64,000 nucleotides of DNA from an uncultured Nitrospinota bacterium. Its GTDB lineage: Bacteria > Tectomicrobia > Entotheonellia > J063 > CAVPRW01. Within the stretch, counting starts at the first letter, position 1; every line of letters starts with the position of its first letter. The notes under the pieces are model-generated. The model searched no databases. It was not told the origin of the DNA and saw only the letters and a program-made list of their open reading frames with translations. This document shows positions 9,635-20,606 of the stretch, in pieces. The stretch covers positions 1-64,000 of the forward strand of contig CAVPRW010000047.1 in NCBI GenBank assembly GCA_963707985.1, read 5' to 3'. A program made the position numbers and the translations under genes.

Positions 9635-10062
9635 ATGTCCACCACTGAAACGCTGACCATTCATTTGCCGGTGTCTGCGGCCCGCCGTTTGCGCCGTGTG
9701 GCGGAGATTGCCCGGAGACCTGTGGACGAAGTGCTAGCCGACACGCTTTACGCCACTTTACCCCCCTTGTTAGAAGATGTCCAGCTGCATTTCAGGCTGA
9801 CTTGGCACATCTGGAAACCTTGCCGAGTGAGGCGCTCCACGAACAGATGCGGGCTGTCTTGCGTCCGGAAAACGTCACACGCTATGAAACCTTGCAGGCC
9901 ATTCGGGCGGAGCGACGATTAACCGAGGTAGAACAACAGGAATGGGAGACCCTGCGCTTGGAAGCCGATAGCCTGATGTTTCGCAAGGCGTACGCCGCCG
10001 TGCTGCTCAAATGGCGTGGCGAGCGTATTCCCACGGTAGCTGAGCTAGAAACCCAACCCTGA
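9635..10062 (+). CDS. Putative RHH-type antitoxin-like protein (frameshift near 9785)
   Basis: ETLTIHLPVSAARRLRRVAEIARRPVDEVL...EADSLMFRKAYAAVLLKWRG; TGATG coupling to HNH. Confidence 0.65.
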
Positions 10063-10562
10063 TGGCTGACCTGCCCGCGGAGTTGCTCATCCGACTGAAA
10101 CGGCAGGTGGGCAACCGCTGTGGCTATTGTCGAACGTCCGTCCTCGTTACCGGTCAGCCCCTGACCGTTGAACATATCATTCCCCTCGCGCGCGGAGGCT
10201 CCTCGCGCGAGGACAATCTGTGGTTGTCCTGCCGACGATGCAACGAACACAAGGGCATCCAAATTGACGGGATCGATCCGGAAACCGGCGAGCGGGTGCC
10301 GGTGTTTCATCCGCGTCGGCAGGCCTGGCGTGAGCATTTTGCCTGGTCGGGTGACGGCACGCAGGTCATCGGGTTGACGCCGTGTGGCCGGGCCACGGTG
10401 TTAGCGCTGAAGTTGAACAACGACGACATGGTCGCAGCCCGCCAATTGTGGGTCAGTGTGGGCTGGCATCCGCCGGTGAGTAAAAGGCAACTCGCATGTG
10501 CGTATTTCCTTCTAAGCTCTTCACATTGCGGTCCTCTCATACGACCCTGCCCCCGGTCGTGA
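10062..10562 (+). CDS. HNH endonuclease
   Basis: RCGYC...VEHIIPLARGG...NLWLSCRRCNEHKG...HFAWS...GLTPCGRATV..LKLN...GWHPP. Confidence 0.88.
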   Translation: MADLPAELLIRLKRQVGNRCGYCRTSVLVTGQPLTVEHIIPLARGGSSREDNLWLSCRRCNEHKGIQIDGIDPETGERVPVFHPRRQAWREHFAWSGDGTQVIGLTPCGRATVLALKLNNDDMVAARQLWVSVGWHPPVSKRQLACAYFLLSSSHCGPLIRPCPRS

Positions 10563-10823
10563 GTGCCTTGCTCATAGAGGTGTGAGCCTCAGCAGCCTGA
10601 GAGTCGCACGACCGCGGCCAGCCCTCCTCCACGACCAGCACGTTCCCGTATTGGCGTCCGTGGCGCACAGGTTGACGAGGGGGGAAAGCCGCACCCGTGG
10701 GCCACATAGGCCGTGGTGCTCCTGAAGTCCAGGCGCTGCGACATACTGCCCCCAGGAAGCACCCTTGGGCCTAGGAGAAGAACCTGACGCGAGAGCCAGC
10801 CCGCTCTAATGCAGGCGATGGCG

Positions 10824-12259
10824 CTAGTCATGTTGCTTGTGCGACTTCGGGGTGGCGACGAGCAGCACTCCGCGTTCATCGGTAAGCGTGGCGCCGAACA
10901 CCACCTGCCCACGGTCATTGTTATTCGCTCCGGAGTTGGGAACAAACACGGGGGGTGGGTCAACACGAGACACGTTCATTATCAGCCCGGCAATCGTGCC
11001 CACACCAGCGATCACGGTGCCTGTCCGAGCCACCAAGTGGAGCGAGCCGTGCGACCACATGTACAAGCCGGTGTCCGGGAGGTCGTCTGCGTTGTCGTCG
11101 GTGTTCAAGGTCGCATTGAAGACGACTTCTCCGGCGTTGTTCACGTCGAGCTGCCAACCATGGATATTGCTGGCGGTCACGAACCGCCCTCCCCCTGGCA
11201 TCTTATCGCCAGGACCCGCCACGCGTACGGTCTCGCCTCCCGAGTGGAGGTATACGCCCGTCACCTGCCTGGCGGCAGGTGGTAATGTGAGGTCGCCAAG
11301 GAACACGCTATCTCCCCGATCATTGATCACCGGGCTGAAGGCCTGGCGATATACCCCCCCGCCGGGTGCGGGCTCGCCCGCATGCGCGATGGAGAGGATC
11401 TTGCCCGTGGCGGCTTTGTTGACGTAGACGCTGCTGAGACAGGCGATCAGGACGCCGGGTGGGGGTAAACCCCCGGCAGGAAGACACTCCTCGCCAGCAA
11501 CGTGGCCCATGAAGGCCACATCGCCCCTGCCGTTAATCGACGGCCCATAGGTCCAGTCGAAGATGCCGCCGCCGGGTGCTCGATCCCCCGGGCTGACCAC
11601 ACTGGAGATCTGCCCTTTCGTGTTCGCCTTGAAGAGCCCTACCCCTAGTCCGAGCTGTTCCGGGAAAGGGATGCCCTCATCTGTCAGCACCGTGCCCGCG
11701 AAGACCAGGTCTCCCCGGTTATTGAGACTGACACCGAATTGCGCCCCTTGAACACCCCGCCTCCGGGCACCGCTGTCACCTCGGGAATCACGACCGGCGT
11801 CACGGTATGGGTACTCTGAGAGAAGCGATAGACCCCCGCATTCACCCCGACGGGAAGACTGAACGGGCTGAGCAGGAAGACAAACCCCGCCTCGCCCTTG
11901 TCGTTGAAGGTCGAGGGATCCAAGAAGCCGAAGTCATAGACGCCACCGCCTGGGGCAGGCTCGCCAGTGCGCGCAATCTGAAAAATTTCTTCCTTGCGCA
12001 ATAAGAAGAGGCCACCTTCTTCTTCCGTCGTCACGCCGGCGCCAAACAGGACATCCCCACGATTGTTGATGAAATTTGACCCGAAGGCGAGGACGAAGAT
12101 GTCCCCCATCGGGCTCTGATCGCCTAGAAACACGAGCGGTGTGAACACGTATCCCTTCGAGTCGGCCGAGACATCGGGCGACTCGACTGCCACCACCGCT
12201 ACCAGCAACACAAATCCCACTACGGCCACGAGATGTGGCCAAGACGTCTGCCTGTTCAT
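10824..12259 (-). CDS. Secreted beta-propeller-like protein with NxxGxxxF tandem repeats (frameshift near 11745)
   Basis: Signal peptide; repeats INNRGDVLF, FNDKGEAGF, INGRGDVAF, INDRGDSVF, VNNAGEVVF, NNDRGQVVF, alternating with GEPAPGGG motifs. Confidence 0.8.
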
Positions 12260-12465
12260 GATCAGCTCCTCATCAGATTCGGTGTATAGTCGTCATCCAC
12301 AGCGATCGTACGGGTTCCTCTGCCGTCTCCCCTGCCCAGCACCTCCTTCCATGACGCGATTCTGGCCCATTTACATGGGGACATCTGCTCCCTCTGCAGA
12401 CGCTGTACGTGACGAGTTCCTGGTACTCTACGTCCATCGCATGGGCCACATCAGCCCCGTCTTGG

Positions 12466-12480
12466 GCAAACCGCATGCCA
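12466..12480 (-). promoter_or_regulatory. Sigma54 -24/-12 promoter
   Basis: Minus strand TGGCAT-GCGGT-TTGC, ~205 bp upstream of the beta-propeller gene. Confidence 0.75.
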
Positions 12481-12566
12481 CGGCGACCCCGTAGGCCGGG
12501 CGCGACGTGCGGGCGCGGGTTCGCGCTTGTGACTGGGACGGAAATGTGCGATGATGCGGCCGTGTG

Positions 12567-12637
12567 TTCGCCATTTTCAGCCGTTTTTCAGCCACTTTTC
12601 AGCCGATTTCAGCCGTTTTCGGCCACCGGTCTCAGCC
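12567..12637. repeat. TTCAGCC direct-repeat array (copy B), candidate enhancer
   Basis: TTCAGCC at 12576, 12587, 12598, 12608; TTCGGCC 12618; CTCAGCC 12631; TTC-GCC 12567. Confidence 0.8.
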
Positions 12638-12678
12638 ACTCACGATCGCCTAGCCAGGCCTCAGCCCCGGAGGTGCCC

Positions 12679-15600
12679 ATGGCTCGTGCTCGCCCGTCGT
12701 CCCCGCCCGACCCCCTCGACCGTCTCGTCGGCGAGGCCCCAGCGCTCCAGACCTTGCGCGCGCAGATCCGTCACCTGGCCCGCTTCGACGCGGTGGGGCA
12801 TGCCGCGGTCCCCACCGTGTTGCTGCAGGGGGAGACCGGCACCGGCAAGGGGCTGGTGGCGCGCGTCATCCACGACAGCGGCCCGCGCGCCCCGGGGCCG
12901 TTCATCGAGGTCAACTGCGCGGCCATCCCGGAGACGCTGCTGGAGGCCGAGCTGTTCGGCGTCGAGGCGGGCGCCTTCACCGATGCCAAACGCGCCAAGC
13001 CCGGCCTGTTTGAGGCGGCGTCGGGGGGCACCCTGTTCCTGGATGAGATCGAGGCCCTGCCGCTGGCGCTCCAGGGCAAGTGCCTCACCGCCATCGAGGC
13101 CAAGCGCGTGCGGCGGGTGGGGGCGGTGGTCGAGCAGCCCGTGGATGTGAAGCTGATCGCCGCCACCCAGGTCGAGCTCAGTGGGCAGGTCCAGGCGGGG
13201 CGCTTTCGCGCCGACCTGTACCACCGCCTGGCGGTGGTGGTGCTGGAGCTGCCGCCCCTGCGCGCGCGGGGCGACGATATCCTGGTGTTGGCGCGCGCCT
13301 TCTTGCAGCAGTACGGCGCGGCCTATGGGGTCAGTCCCCAGCGGTTGAGCCAGGCCGCCGAGGCCTGGCTGCTCGAGCTATCACTGGCCCGGGAATGTGC
13401 GGGAATTGAGCCATCTGCTGGAGCGGGTCGCCCTGCTCGAGCCAGCGACGGTCATCGATCCGGAGAGCCTGGCGCGGCGATGTCTGCCACCGTCCGGTCG
13501 GCGGTCCCGGTCGACGCGCCGGCTCCCTCCGAGCCCCGGACGCGCCCCTACACGAGACCGAGCGCCTCGCCGAGGCCTTGCGCCAGAGCGGCGGCAATCT
13601 CGCGCAGGCGGCCCGCCTCTTAGGGCTGAGCCGCGGCGGCTTGCGGTACCGCCTGCACAAGTATGGGCTGACACGTCCGTCCCGGCATCAGGCCTTCCCC
13701 CTGGTGAGGCAGGAGACCGGTGCGAGGGGACGCCGCACGCCGCCCAGCACCCCCACCCTGACCCGCCCCCGTCGAGGGGGAGGGGAGACGCCCTCGCAGA
13801 CGCAGCCCATCTAAGACGCCTGAGCGGGGAGTCTGAGCGCCGGCCGCGGGCTGGGAGCCCAAGCCGGTGGCGGTGCTGGCGATCGAGGTGACCTGGCCGG
13901 ACATGACGGAGGCCGACGCCCGCCACTATGAGCCCTGGACCCTCGCCAGCCGCTGGGAGCAGCGCATGGCCGAGAAGGTGGCGGGGTTCGGTGGCGTCAT
14001 GCTCCAGGATTCGCCGTCGTTGTGCCTCGTTGCCTTTGGCCTGCCCCAGACCCTGGAGCAACTGCCGCAGCGCGCGGTGCAGGCGGCGCTGGCGATCCGA
14101 CACCTGGCCGCCGAGTCGCCAGCGCGTCGGCAGGACAGATGGCCGGCCCGGTGGTCCGGCTGGCCGGGCATGTGGGCACGCTCCTGGTCGCGGAGGCGAC
14201 CGAAGCCCACCAGGGCGCTGGCTCGCGGTGGGGGAGACGCTGGCCCTGCCGGTGCGGCTGCTCGGGCATGCGGCGCCGGGGGAGTTGCTGGTGTCCGCGC
14301 CCGATGGCACGGCTGACCGACGGCTGGGTGGAGGTGCAGACACGCCCGCTGTCCTCAGGAGCCGAGCCGTCCGATCCGCTTCTGGCGTACCGGGTGGTGG
14401 GCCTCCTGCCGCGGCAGGCCGTGCTCCACGGGGAGCGGCCGACGGACCCGTACGCCGTTCCTGGGACGCGCGCGCGAGCTGGCCACCCTGCAGGCAGCTG
14501 CTGGCCCAGGTCGAAGGCGGGCGGGGGCAGGTGGTGGGGATGGTGGGCGAGCCCGGCATGGGCAAGTCGCGGCTCCTCGCGGAGTGGCGCCAAGACCTGG
14601 CAGCACACGAGGTCACCTACCTGGAAGGACACTGTTGGTCCTACGGCAGCGCCATGCCCTACTTGCCCGTGCTCGACCTGCTGCGCGCGCACTGCGGGAT
14701 CACGCCCGCCGACGGCGCCGAGATCATCATGGAGAAGGTACGGAGGGGGCTGCAGGCAGTAGGCCTGGCGCCTGAGGACTGGGCGCCCTATCTCCTGCAC
14801 CTCCTGGGATTGGCAGTCAGGGACCGAGCAGTTGGCGGACGTCGGTCCGGAGCAGCTGAAGGCCAAGACCTTCGAGGCCCTTCGGCAGATCTGTCTGCAC
14901 CGCAGTCAGCAGCACCCCCTCGTCCTCGCCGTGGAAGATCTGCAGTGGATCGACCCCACATCGGAAGCGTTCTTGGCGCGACTGGTTGACAGTATCGCCG
15001 GGGCTCCGATCCTCGTACTCGCCACGTATCGGCCGGGGTATCAGCCCCCCTGGCTCGACAAGTCCTATGCCACCCAGCTCACCGTGTCGCCGCTCTCGCC
15101 CGAGGACAGTGTCCAGATCGTGCGGACGGTCCTCTCGACGGAGACGGTCCCAGCCCCTCTGGCCCAGACGATCCTCGCCAAGGCGCAAGGCAATCCCTTC
15201 TTCTTGGAGGAGATCGCTCAGACGTTGGTGGAACAGGGCACGCTCAGACGCGAGGGCGGGATGACCCTGCCACCCACCCTGCAGCTCCCCGCGACCGTGC
15301 AGGCCGTGTTGGCGGCCCGCATCGACCGCCTGCCGCTGGAGGAGAAACAACTGCTGCAGATCGCCGCCGTCATCGGCTCCGAAGTCCCCGTGCCGCTGTT
15401 GCAGGCCATGGCCGAGCGGCCCGAGGTGACGCTGCATCAGCAGTCTCGCGCACCTCCAGGCGGCCGAGTTCCTCTATGAGACGCGCCTGTTCCCCGAGCA
15501 CGCGTACACCTTCAAGCACGTCCTCACGCAGCAGGTGGCCTATGAGACGCTGCTCCAGGAGCGGCGGCGCGCCCTCCATGTCGGCATCGTCGAGGCCCTG

Positions 15601-16956
15601 GAGACCCTCATCGGGGACCGCGTGGCCGAGCAGGTGGAACGCTTGGCGCACCATGCCCTGCGGGGTGAGATGTGGGACAAGGCCGTGACCTACTGTCAGC
15701 AGGCCGGTGCCAGGGCCCGGGACCGCGCCGCGTTCCACGAGGCGGTGGCCTCCTTCGAGCAGGCCCTCCAGGCCCTCGCGCATTTGCCCGAGCCCGGCGA
15801 CACCAGAGTACTGGCCATCGATCTCCGCCTCACGTTGGGAGGCACGCTGACCCAACTGGGAGCATATAGGCGGTGTCTCGCCCTGTTAGGCGAGACCGAG
15901 GCCCTGGCCCGGGCGCTCGACGATCGGGCCCGGTTGGGACGGGTGCTAGCCCAGATGGCCGATGGACTCAGGCAGACGGGGGACCTCGACGGAGCCATGG
16001 CGGCGGGTCAGCAGGCCCTCGATCTCGCGGGCGCGCTGGGCGACAGCGACTTACAGGTCCAAACATGCCATCGCCTGGGGCAGGTCTACGCTGCCCGCGG
16101 CGACTTCGGCCGGGCGGCCGAGCTGCTGCGGCGGAACGTAGAGGGGGCGGATTGGCAGCCTGGCACGCCCGGCACACTCGTGCGGCTCCACTCCCAGGCG
16201 TGGCTGGCCTGGACCTTGAGCGTGCTCGGGGTCTTCGCCGAGGGCCGGCGCCACGGGGAGGAGGCGCTCCGCCTTGCCATGCGGGCAGGTCGAGGGTCCA
16301 CACCGATCGTGGTCCGCGCCCGGCTCGGCCACCTGTACCTCGCCCAAGGGGATCTGGAGCCCGCCATCCGAGTGTTGGATGAGGGCCTGGTCCTCTGTCG
16401 TGCCTCCGGGGACCGGAACAGTTTGCGACTGATCTTGGCGGGCCTGGGCTATGCCTCTGCGCTGCAGGGGCGCCTCGCGGAGGGGCGTGTGCTGCTGGAG
16501 GAGGCGATCAGCGAAAGTATTCGCACAGGCGCGCGAAACCCCCGCTGGCTTGCATGGCTCAGCGAGGTGTGTCGTCTGGCGGGACGCGACGAGGAGGCCT
16601 GGCAGCACGCCCGCCAGGCGCTCGACCTGGCCCGGCAGCGGAAGGAACGCGGGGACGAGGCGCTCACGCTGCACCAGCTTGGCGTCGTCCACGCTCACGC
16701 CGACCCCCCCGATACCGAGCAGGCCGAAGATCACTACCAGCAGGCCCTGGCTCTGGCCGAGGCACTCGGCATGCGCCCGCTCCAGGCCCACTGCCATCTT
16801 GGCCTCGGCACGTTGTATGCCCAGATCAGCCGAAGTGAGCAGGCCTGCGCCCAGTTGTCTACCGCCATCACGCTCTACCTGGCCATGGACATGACCTTCT
16901 GGCTACCCCGCGCCGAGGGGGCGCTGGCGCAGGTAGTTGGGGCAGGAGGCCAGTAG
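12679..16956 (+). CDS. Sigma54-dependent activator (AAA+, Fis HTH) fused to degenerate class III cyclase, AAA/STAND ATPase and TPR region; several frameshifts
   Basis: GETGTGKG, ELFG..GAFTDA, LFLDEI, FRADLYHRL; NLAQAARLLGLSRGGLRYRL; AFGLPQTLEQLPQRAVQAALAI; GEPGMGKSRLL, VEDLQWID, GNPFFLEE, VLAARIDRL; TPRs ending MDMTFWLPRAE. Confidence 0.8.
13751..13786. repeat. REP-like palindromic element within the activator linker
   Basis: CCCCACCCTGACCCGCCCCCGTCGAGGGGGAGGGGA, similar to 27834-27867. Confidence 0.55.
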
Positions 16957-17011
16957 GGTCCCTGGGAGGGGAACGTGACGGCACATCACAGGCTCCGATT
17001 GCAAAGCGCCC

Positions 17012-17226
17012 CTCCATCAGGCTATTGAGATTGCCCGCCGGCAACAGGGCAAATCGCTCGAGCTGCGGGCGGCGATGAGCCTGAGTCAGTTATGGCAGCA
17101 GCAGGGCCGGAGCACTGAGGCGTACCGGTTGCTGCACCAATCTACGGTTGGTTCACCGAGGGGTTTGACACCGCCGACATGCAGGACGCCAAGGCGTTGC
17201 TCGATGTACTGGCGGGCCATGGGTAA
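17012..17226 (+). pseudogene. C-terminal fragment of another ATPase/TPR protein
   Basis: QAIEIARRQQGKSLELRAAMSLSQLWQQQG...YGWFTEGFDTADMQDAKALL. Confidence 0.75.
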
Positions 17227-17235
17227 GGGGGGAGG

Positions 17236-17470
17236 ATGGAAGAAGTGGTCAAGGAGATCATCAGCCAATTGGGCAAAGCTCAGGTAAGAAGGGCTCCATG
17301 TCAGGAAGTGCTTGCGCATGAGCCTCAATTGATAGACCAGGTCATGGAATCGGTCATAAAGGCTCGTGAACAGCACCCACTGAGACAAAGCCGTGGATAC
17401 AGCTTTACTCGACACGGACACGTTTTCTGAGATCCTGAAGGGGAGGGACCGACGCATTGTTGCTCATGCC
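17236..17470 (+). pseudogene. Degenerate copy of the antitoxin/PIN pair at 20375-21029
   Basis: IISQLG...AHEPQLIDQVMESVIKAREQHPLR and LLDTDTFSEILKG. Confidence 0.8.
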
Positions 17471-17516
17471 ATGAGCGGGTGCCCAACTTCGGGTAGGCAA
17501 GTGTCGTAGCCAAATC

Positions 17517-17888
17517 CTATGCTGTCGCACGATCAGTAACCCCTGTGGATCGGCCCTTTTCTAGGAGCTTCAAACAGAGCGAGCGCATCGTCTCAAGTTC
17601 ATGGCAAAACTCGCGCTGTGCTTCCTCAAGGGATAAACAGTCAAAAAGGTCTGGTAATTGTACCCCATGACTCATAATTGCGTTTGCCTCCCGACTTCGA
17701 AAATGTGTGCGGACAAAGAGACAGTTGTCGGCGTTGTAGAAGTGTTGCACCGCCTCTGTGGCGCTTAGGATCCCACTGGCTAATGACTGCACCAGACCGA
17801 GATTCACCAGAGCGAAAAGTTCTAGCTGCTGTGAGGGGTCTCCACTCGCCGCGGAGAGAACGCTACGCAATTGATAACTTTGTCTCAT
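17517..17888 (-). CDS. DUF3969-like protein, putative immunity/antitoxin
   Basis: ALVNLGLVQSLASGILSATEAVQHFY...IMSHGVQLPDL; ATGA-coupled to the upstream ORF; family call from memory. Confidence 0.55.
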   Translation of the reverse strand: MRQSYQLRSVLSAASGDPSQQLELFALVNLGLVQSLASGILSATEAVQHFYNADNCLFVRTHFRSREANAIMSHGVQLPDLFDCLSLEEAQREFCHELETMRSLCLKLLEKGRSTGVTDRATA

Positions 17889-18091
17889 GATGTGCCCGTA
17901 TTGGAAAAGAACTTGACCCCAGCTACCCTCCCGGTGGCATGTTCAAAGTAATGAACTTCTCCGGAGTTCCCCTGCTTGATGACTTTTTTCCACCTGCCGG
18001 AAAGCAAACGCCATAGCTCACGCAGCACGGCCGGATTGCGTACTGGGTACTTGAGGGTGCCACCTCGGCGTGGAGTCCAATTCTGTGGCAC
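17885..18091 (-). CDS. Small basic protein, putative toxin
   Basis: 68 aa, GRWKKVIKQG..GEVHYFEHATGRVAGVKF; coupled to the DUF3969-like gene. Confidence 0.55.
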   Translation of the reverse strand: MPQNWTPRRGGTLKYPVRNPAVLRELWRLLSGRWKKVIKQGNSGEVHYFEHATGRVAGVKFFSNTGTS

Positions 18092-18511
18092 CGATCCGGA
18101 CGCATGGATGTCCGGTTACAGATTGAGTGGCATACGTCTCCGCTAACCAGGCTACCCTGGGCTTTCTAAGCTCGCTTCACCCAGGATCGTAAGATTACCA
18201 TATGAAAGGATACGCAGCCAACCGTGCCTATAGGCGAGTAATGTCCCCATTTGGCCCCCGGCGTGAATGGCGGCGCGGATCTAGGCGTCAAACGAGGCTA
18301 CTACTGAGGAGCAAGCCTGTCCCTCGGAGTTTTGCATAGGGGCTTGGTTTGTCAGCCTGATAGTGTACTATAGGGGTAGGAGATGTCCAGCTGACCAAAA
18401 GGAGACTCTGCTGGGCACCGACGGATTGGATTATGAAACGCCTTAGCAAACACTGCGGCCAGAGGTAATCATCGGCATGTCGGCATGGCCGCGCACCATT
18501 TGAGGAAGAAG

Positions 18512-19180
18512 ATGATCCAAGCAGTGATTTTCGACTTTGACGGGTTGATTCTGGATACCGAGGTTCCGGAATTTCAGACCTGGCAGGAGATCTATCAGGC
18601 GCATGGGTGCGAGTTAGCTCTGGAGGTGTGGGCGACCGGCCTCGGCACCTCGGCGGATGCCTTTGATCCCTATGACCATTTGGAGGCGCAGGCGGGGTGC
18701 CCCATCGATCGTGAGGCCATCCAACAGCAACGCCGCCAGCGCTATCTCGAGTTGCTCGAAGCAAAAACGGTGTTGCCGGGTGTGCGAGAGTATATTGCCG
18801 AGGCCAAGCGCCTGGGCTTGCACCTTGGGGTCGCTTCCAGCTCATCGCGGGAGTGGGTGGTCGGCCATCTGACCGAGCTTGGCTTGAGTGCATATTTCGA
18901 CTGCATCAAATGCCGCGATGACGTCCCACGGGTAAAGCCGGACCCGGCGCTCTATCGGGCGGTGGTGGAGACGTTTGCGCTGCAGCCGTCTCAGGCCATT
19001 GCCCTGGAAGACTCGCCCAACGGCATCGCCGCTGCCAAGCGCGCCGGGCTGTTTTGCGTCGCCGTGCCGAATCCGTTGACGCGCCAGCTCTCGCTCGCGC
19101 ATGCCGACCTCCTGGTCAGCTCCTTGGCAGACCTCCCACTCCAGCATCTGCTGGACCACGTGCAGCGCCATGGGCGATAA
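18512..19180 (+). CDS. HAD-superfamily hydrolase (IA)
   Basis: IFDFDGLILDTE, ASSS, KPDP, LEDSPNG. Confidence 0.93.
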   Translation: MIQAVIFDFDGLILDTEVPEFQTWQEIYQAHGCELALEVWATGLGTSADAFDPYDHLEAQAGCPIDREAIQQQRRQRYLELLEAKTVLPGVREYIAEAKRLGLHLGVASSSSREWVVGHLTELGLSAYFDCIKCRDDVPRVKPDPALYRAVVETFALQPSQAIALEDSPNGIAAAKRAGLFCVAVPNPLTRQLSLAHADLLVSSLADLPLQHLLDHVQRHGR

Positions 19181-19217
19181 TCCTCCCAGCGCCCAGCGGC
19201 AATATCGGAGACCCCAG

Positions 19218-20216
19218 ATGGTGACGTTCCTTCGACGATTGATCGGCCTCGCCCGCCTGATACGATGGACGAGCCTCGTCTGCCTTGCCCTCACCTGCGC
19301 TGGATGTATCACCATCGATATCCTCGGTGGCAAGCCCGGCACGTTGCGGGAAACCGTCATCGAGGGGGAGCGTGGACCAAAGATCGCGCTGATCGAAATC
19401 GAGGGAGTCTTGAGTGAAGGTGCAAGGCCCACGCGCCTCGGCTTTAGCGAGGATGAAAGCCCGGTGGCACGGGTGCGGGCTCAGCTCGACAAGGCCGCCA
19501 AGGATCGTGCCGTCAAAGCTGTGGTGTTGCGCATTCATAGCCCTGGTGGGACCGCGACCGCAAGTGAGATCATCTATGGCGAAATCCAGCGTTTCAAAGC
19601 CAAGAAATCGGTGCCGGTGGTGGCTCAACTGGTGGGGATCGCCACCTCCGGCGCTTATTATGCGGCGATGGCAGCGGACAGTGTCTACGCCAACCCGACC
19701 ACGGTCACAGGTTCCATCGGGGTGATTTTCGTGAGTGTCAACGTCTCCGGACTCATGGCGAAACTGGGCCTCGCCGACCAGACCATCACCACCGGCCCTT
19801 ATAAAGACACCGGATCGCCGCTGCGACCGATGACCCCTGAGGATCGCGCCCTCATGCAAGGGGTGCTCAACGATCTGTACCGGCGCTTCGTGCAGGTGGT
19901 GGCCGCCGGGCGTCCCCAGCTTCCCGCGGCGCGGGTGGCGGAGTTGGCAGACGGCCGCATCTACAGCGCCGCGCAGGCACAAGCCAACGGGCTGGTCGAC
20001 GGCATCGCCGACCTCCCCAGCACCATCGATGAGGTTCGCCGCCGCGCCGGCCTTGAGGACGTGCGCGTGGTGGCCTACCATCGCCGGCGAGAATGGCGCG
20101 AGAACCTCTATACCCTGCCGTCAAGCTTGGAAACGCTCGCCGCTAAACCCACAGCCCTTCTCGATTTGCTGCACGGGCCGGCGTTTGCCTACCTATGGTG
20201 GCCGGGCATCGAGTGA
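19218..20216 (+). CDS. sppA: Signal peptide peptidase SppA (36K type), probable lipoprotein
   Basis: LRIHSPGGT, ATSGAYYAA, TGSIGV, GPYKDTGS; lipobox-like CAGC. Confidence 0.92.
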   Translation: MVTFLRRLIGLARLIRWTSLVCLALTCAGCITIDILGGKPGTLRETVIEGERGPKIALIEIEGVLSEGARPTRLGFSEDESPVARVRAQLDKAAKDRAVKAVVLRIHSPGGTATASEIIYGEIQRFKAKKSVPVVAQLVGIATSGAYYAAMAADSVYANPTTVTGSIGVIFVSVNVSGLMAKLGLADQTITTGPYKDTGSPLRPMTPEDRALMQGVLNDLYRRFVQVVAAGRPQLPAARVAELADGRIYSAAQAQANGLVDGIADLPSTIDEVRRRAGLEDVRVVAYHRRREWRENLYTLPSSLETLAAKPTALLDLLHGPAFAYLWWPGIE

Positions 20217-20374
20217 GTGGTGGCGTCTTCTCTACCGTGATCCTTCTCCACCGAGGGGAGATTTCACGATTCATGATATACTAACACCGATCGGTGCCCA
20301 CTGGGGGCTTGTGCGGGCTGGTATCGATGTCTTCCGCCCCGCACTAGCGTTGGGATAATAGTTTGGGAGAGGCG

Positions 20375-20605
20375 ATGAAAACGATCCAGCTGCAACTCGA
20401 CGAACAAACGCTTGAGCGGGCCAGGCGAATAGCCAAGATCCGCCATCGCACTCTGGAGGAATTAATCCAGCAGATCATCAGCCAGTTGGGTGAAGCCGAG
20501 GCAGCCAATGATCCCTTCTTGGGAATGTTCGCGCATGAACCGGAATTGATAGACCAGGTCATAGAATCTGTCATGAAGGCACGTGAGGAGCATCCGCTAA
20601 GGTAA
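20375..20605 (+). CDS. Antitoxin (VapB-like)
   Basis: MKTIQLQLDEQTLERARRIA...DPFLGMFAHEPELIDQV; immediately upstream of a PIN gene. Confidence 0.75.
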   Translation: MKTIQLQLDEQTLERARRIAKIRHRTLEELIQQIISQLGEAEAANDPFLGMFAHEPELIDQVIESVMKAREEHPLR

Positions 20606-20606
20606 A

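Noticed and set aside
12409..12678. Long N-terminal extension of the activator in the ORF track
   Set aside because: Runs through the promoter and repeat array; a GGAGGT RBS supports ATG at 12679
13381..14616. 411-aa minus-strand ORF and similar long antisense ORFs (34768-35925, 48027-49151, 19116-20081)
   Set aside because: Shadow frames of real genes in GC-rich DNA; Arg/Pro/Ala-rich with no motifs
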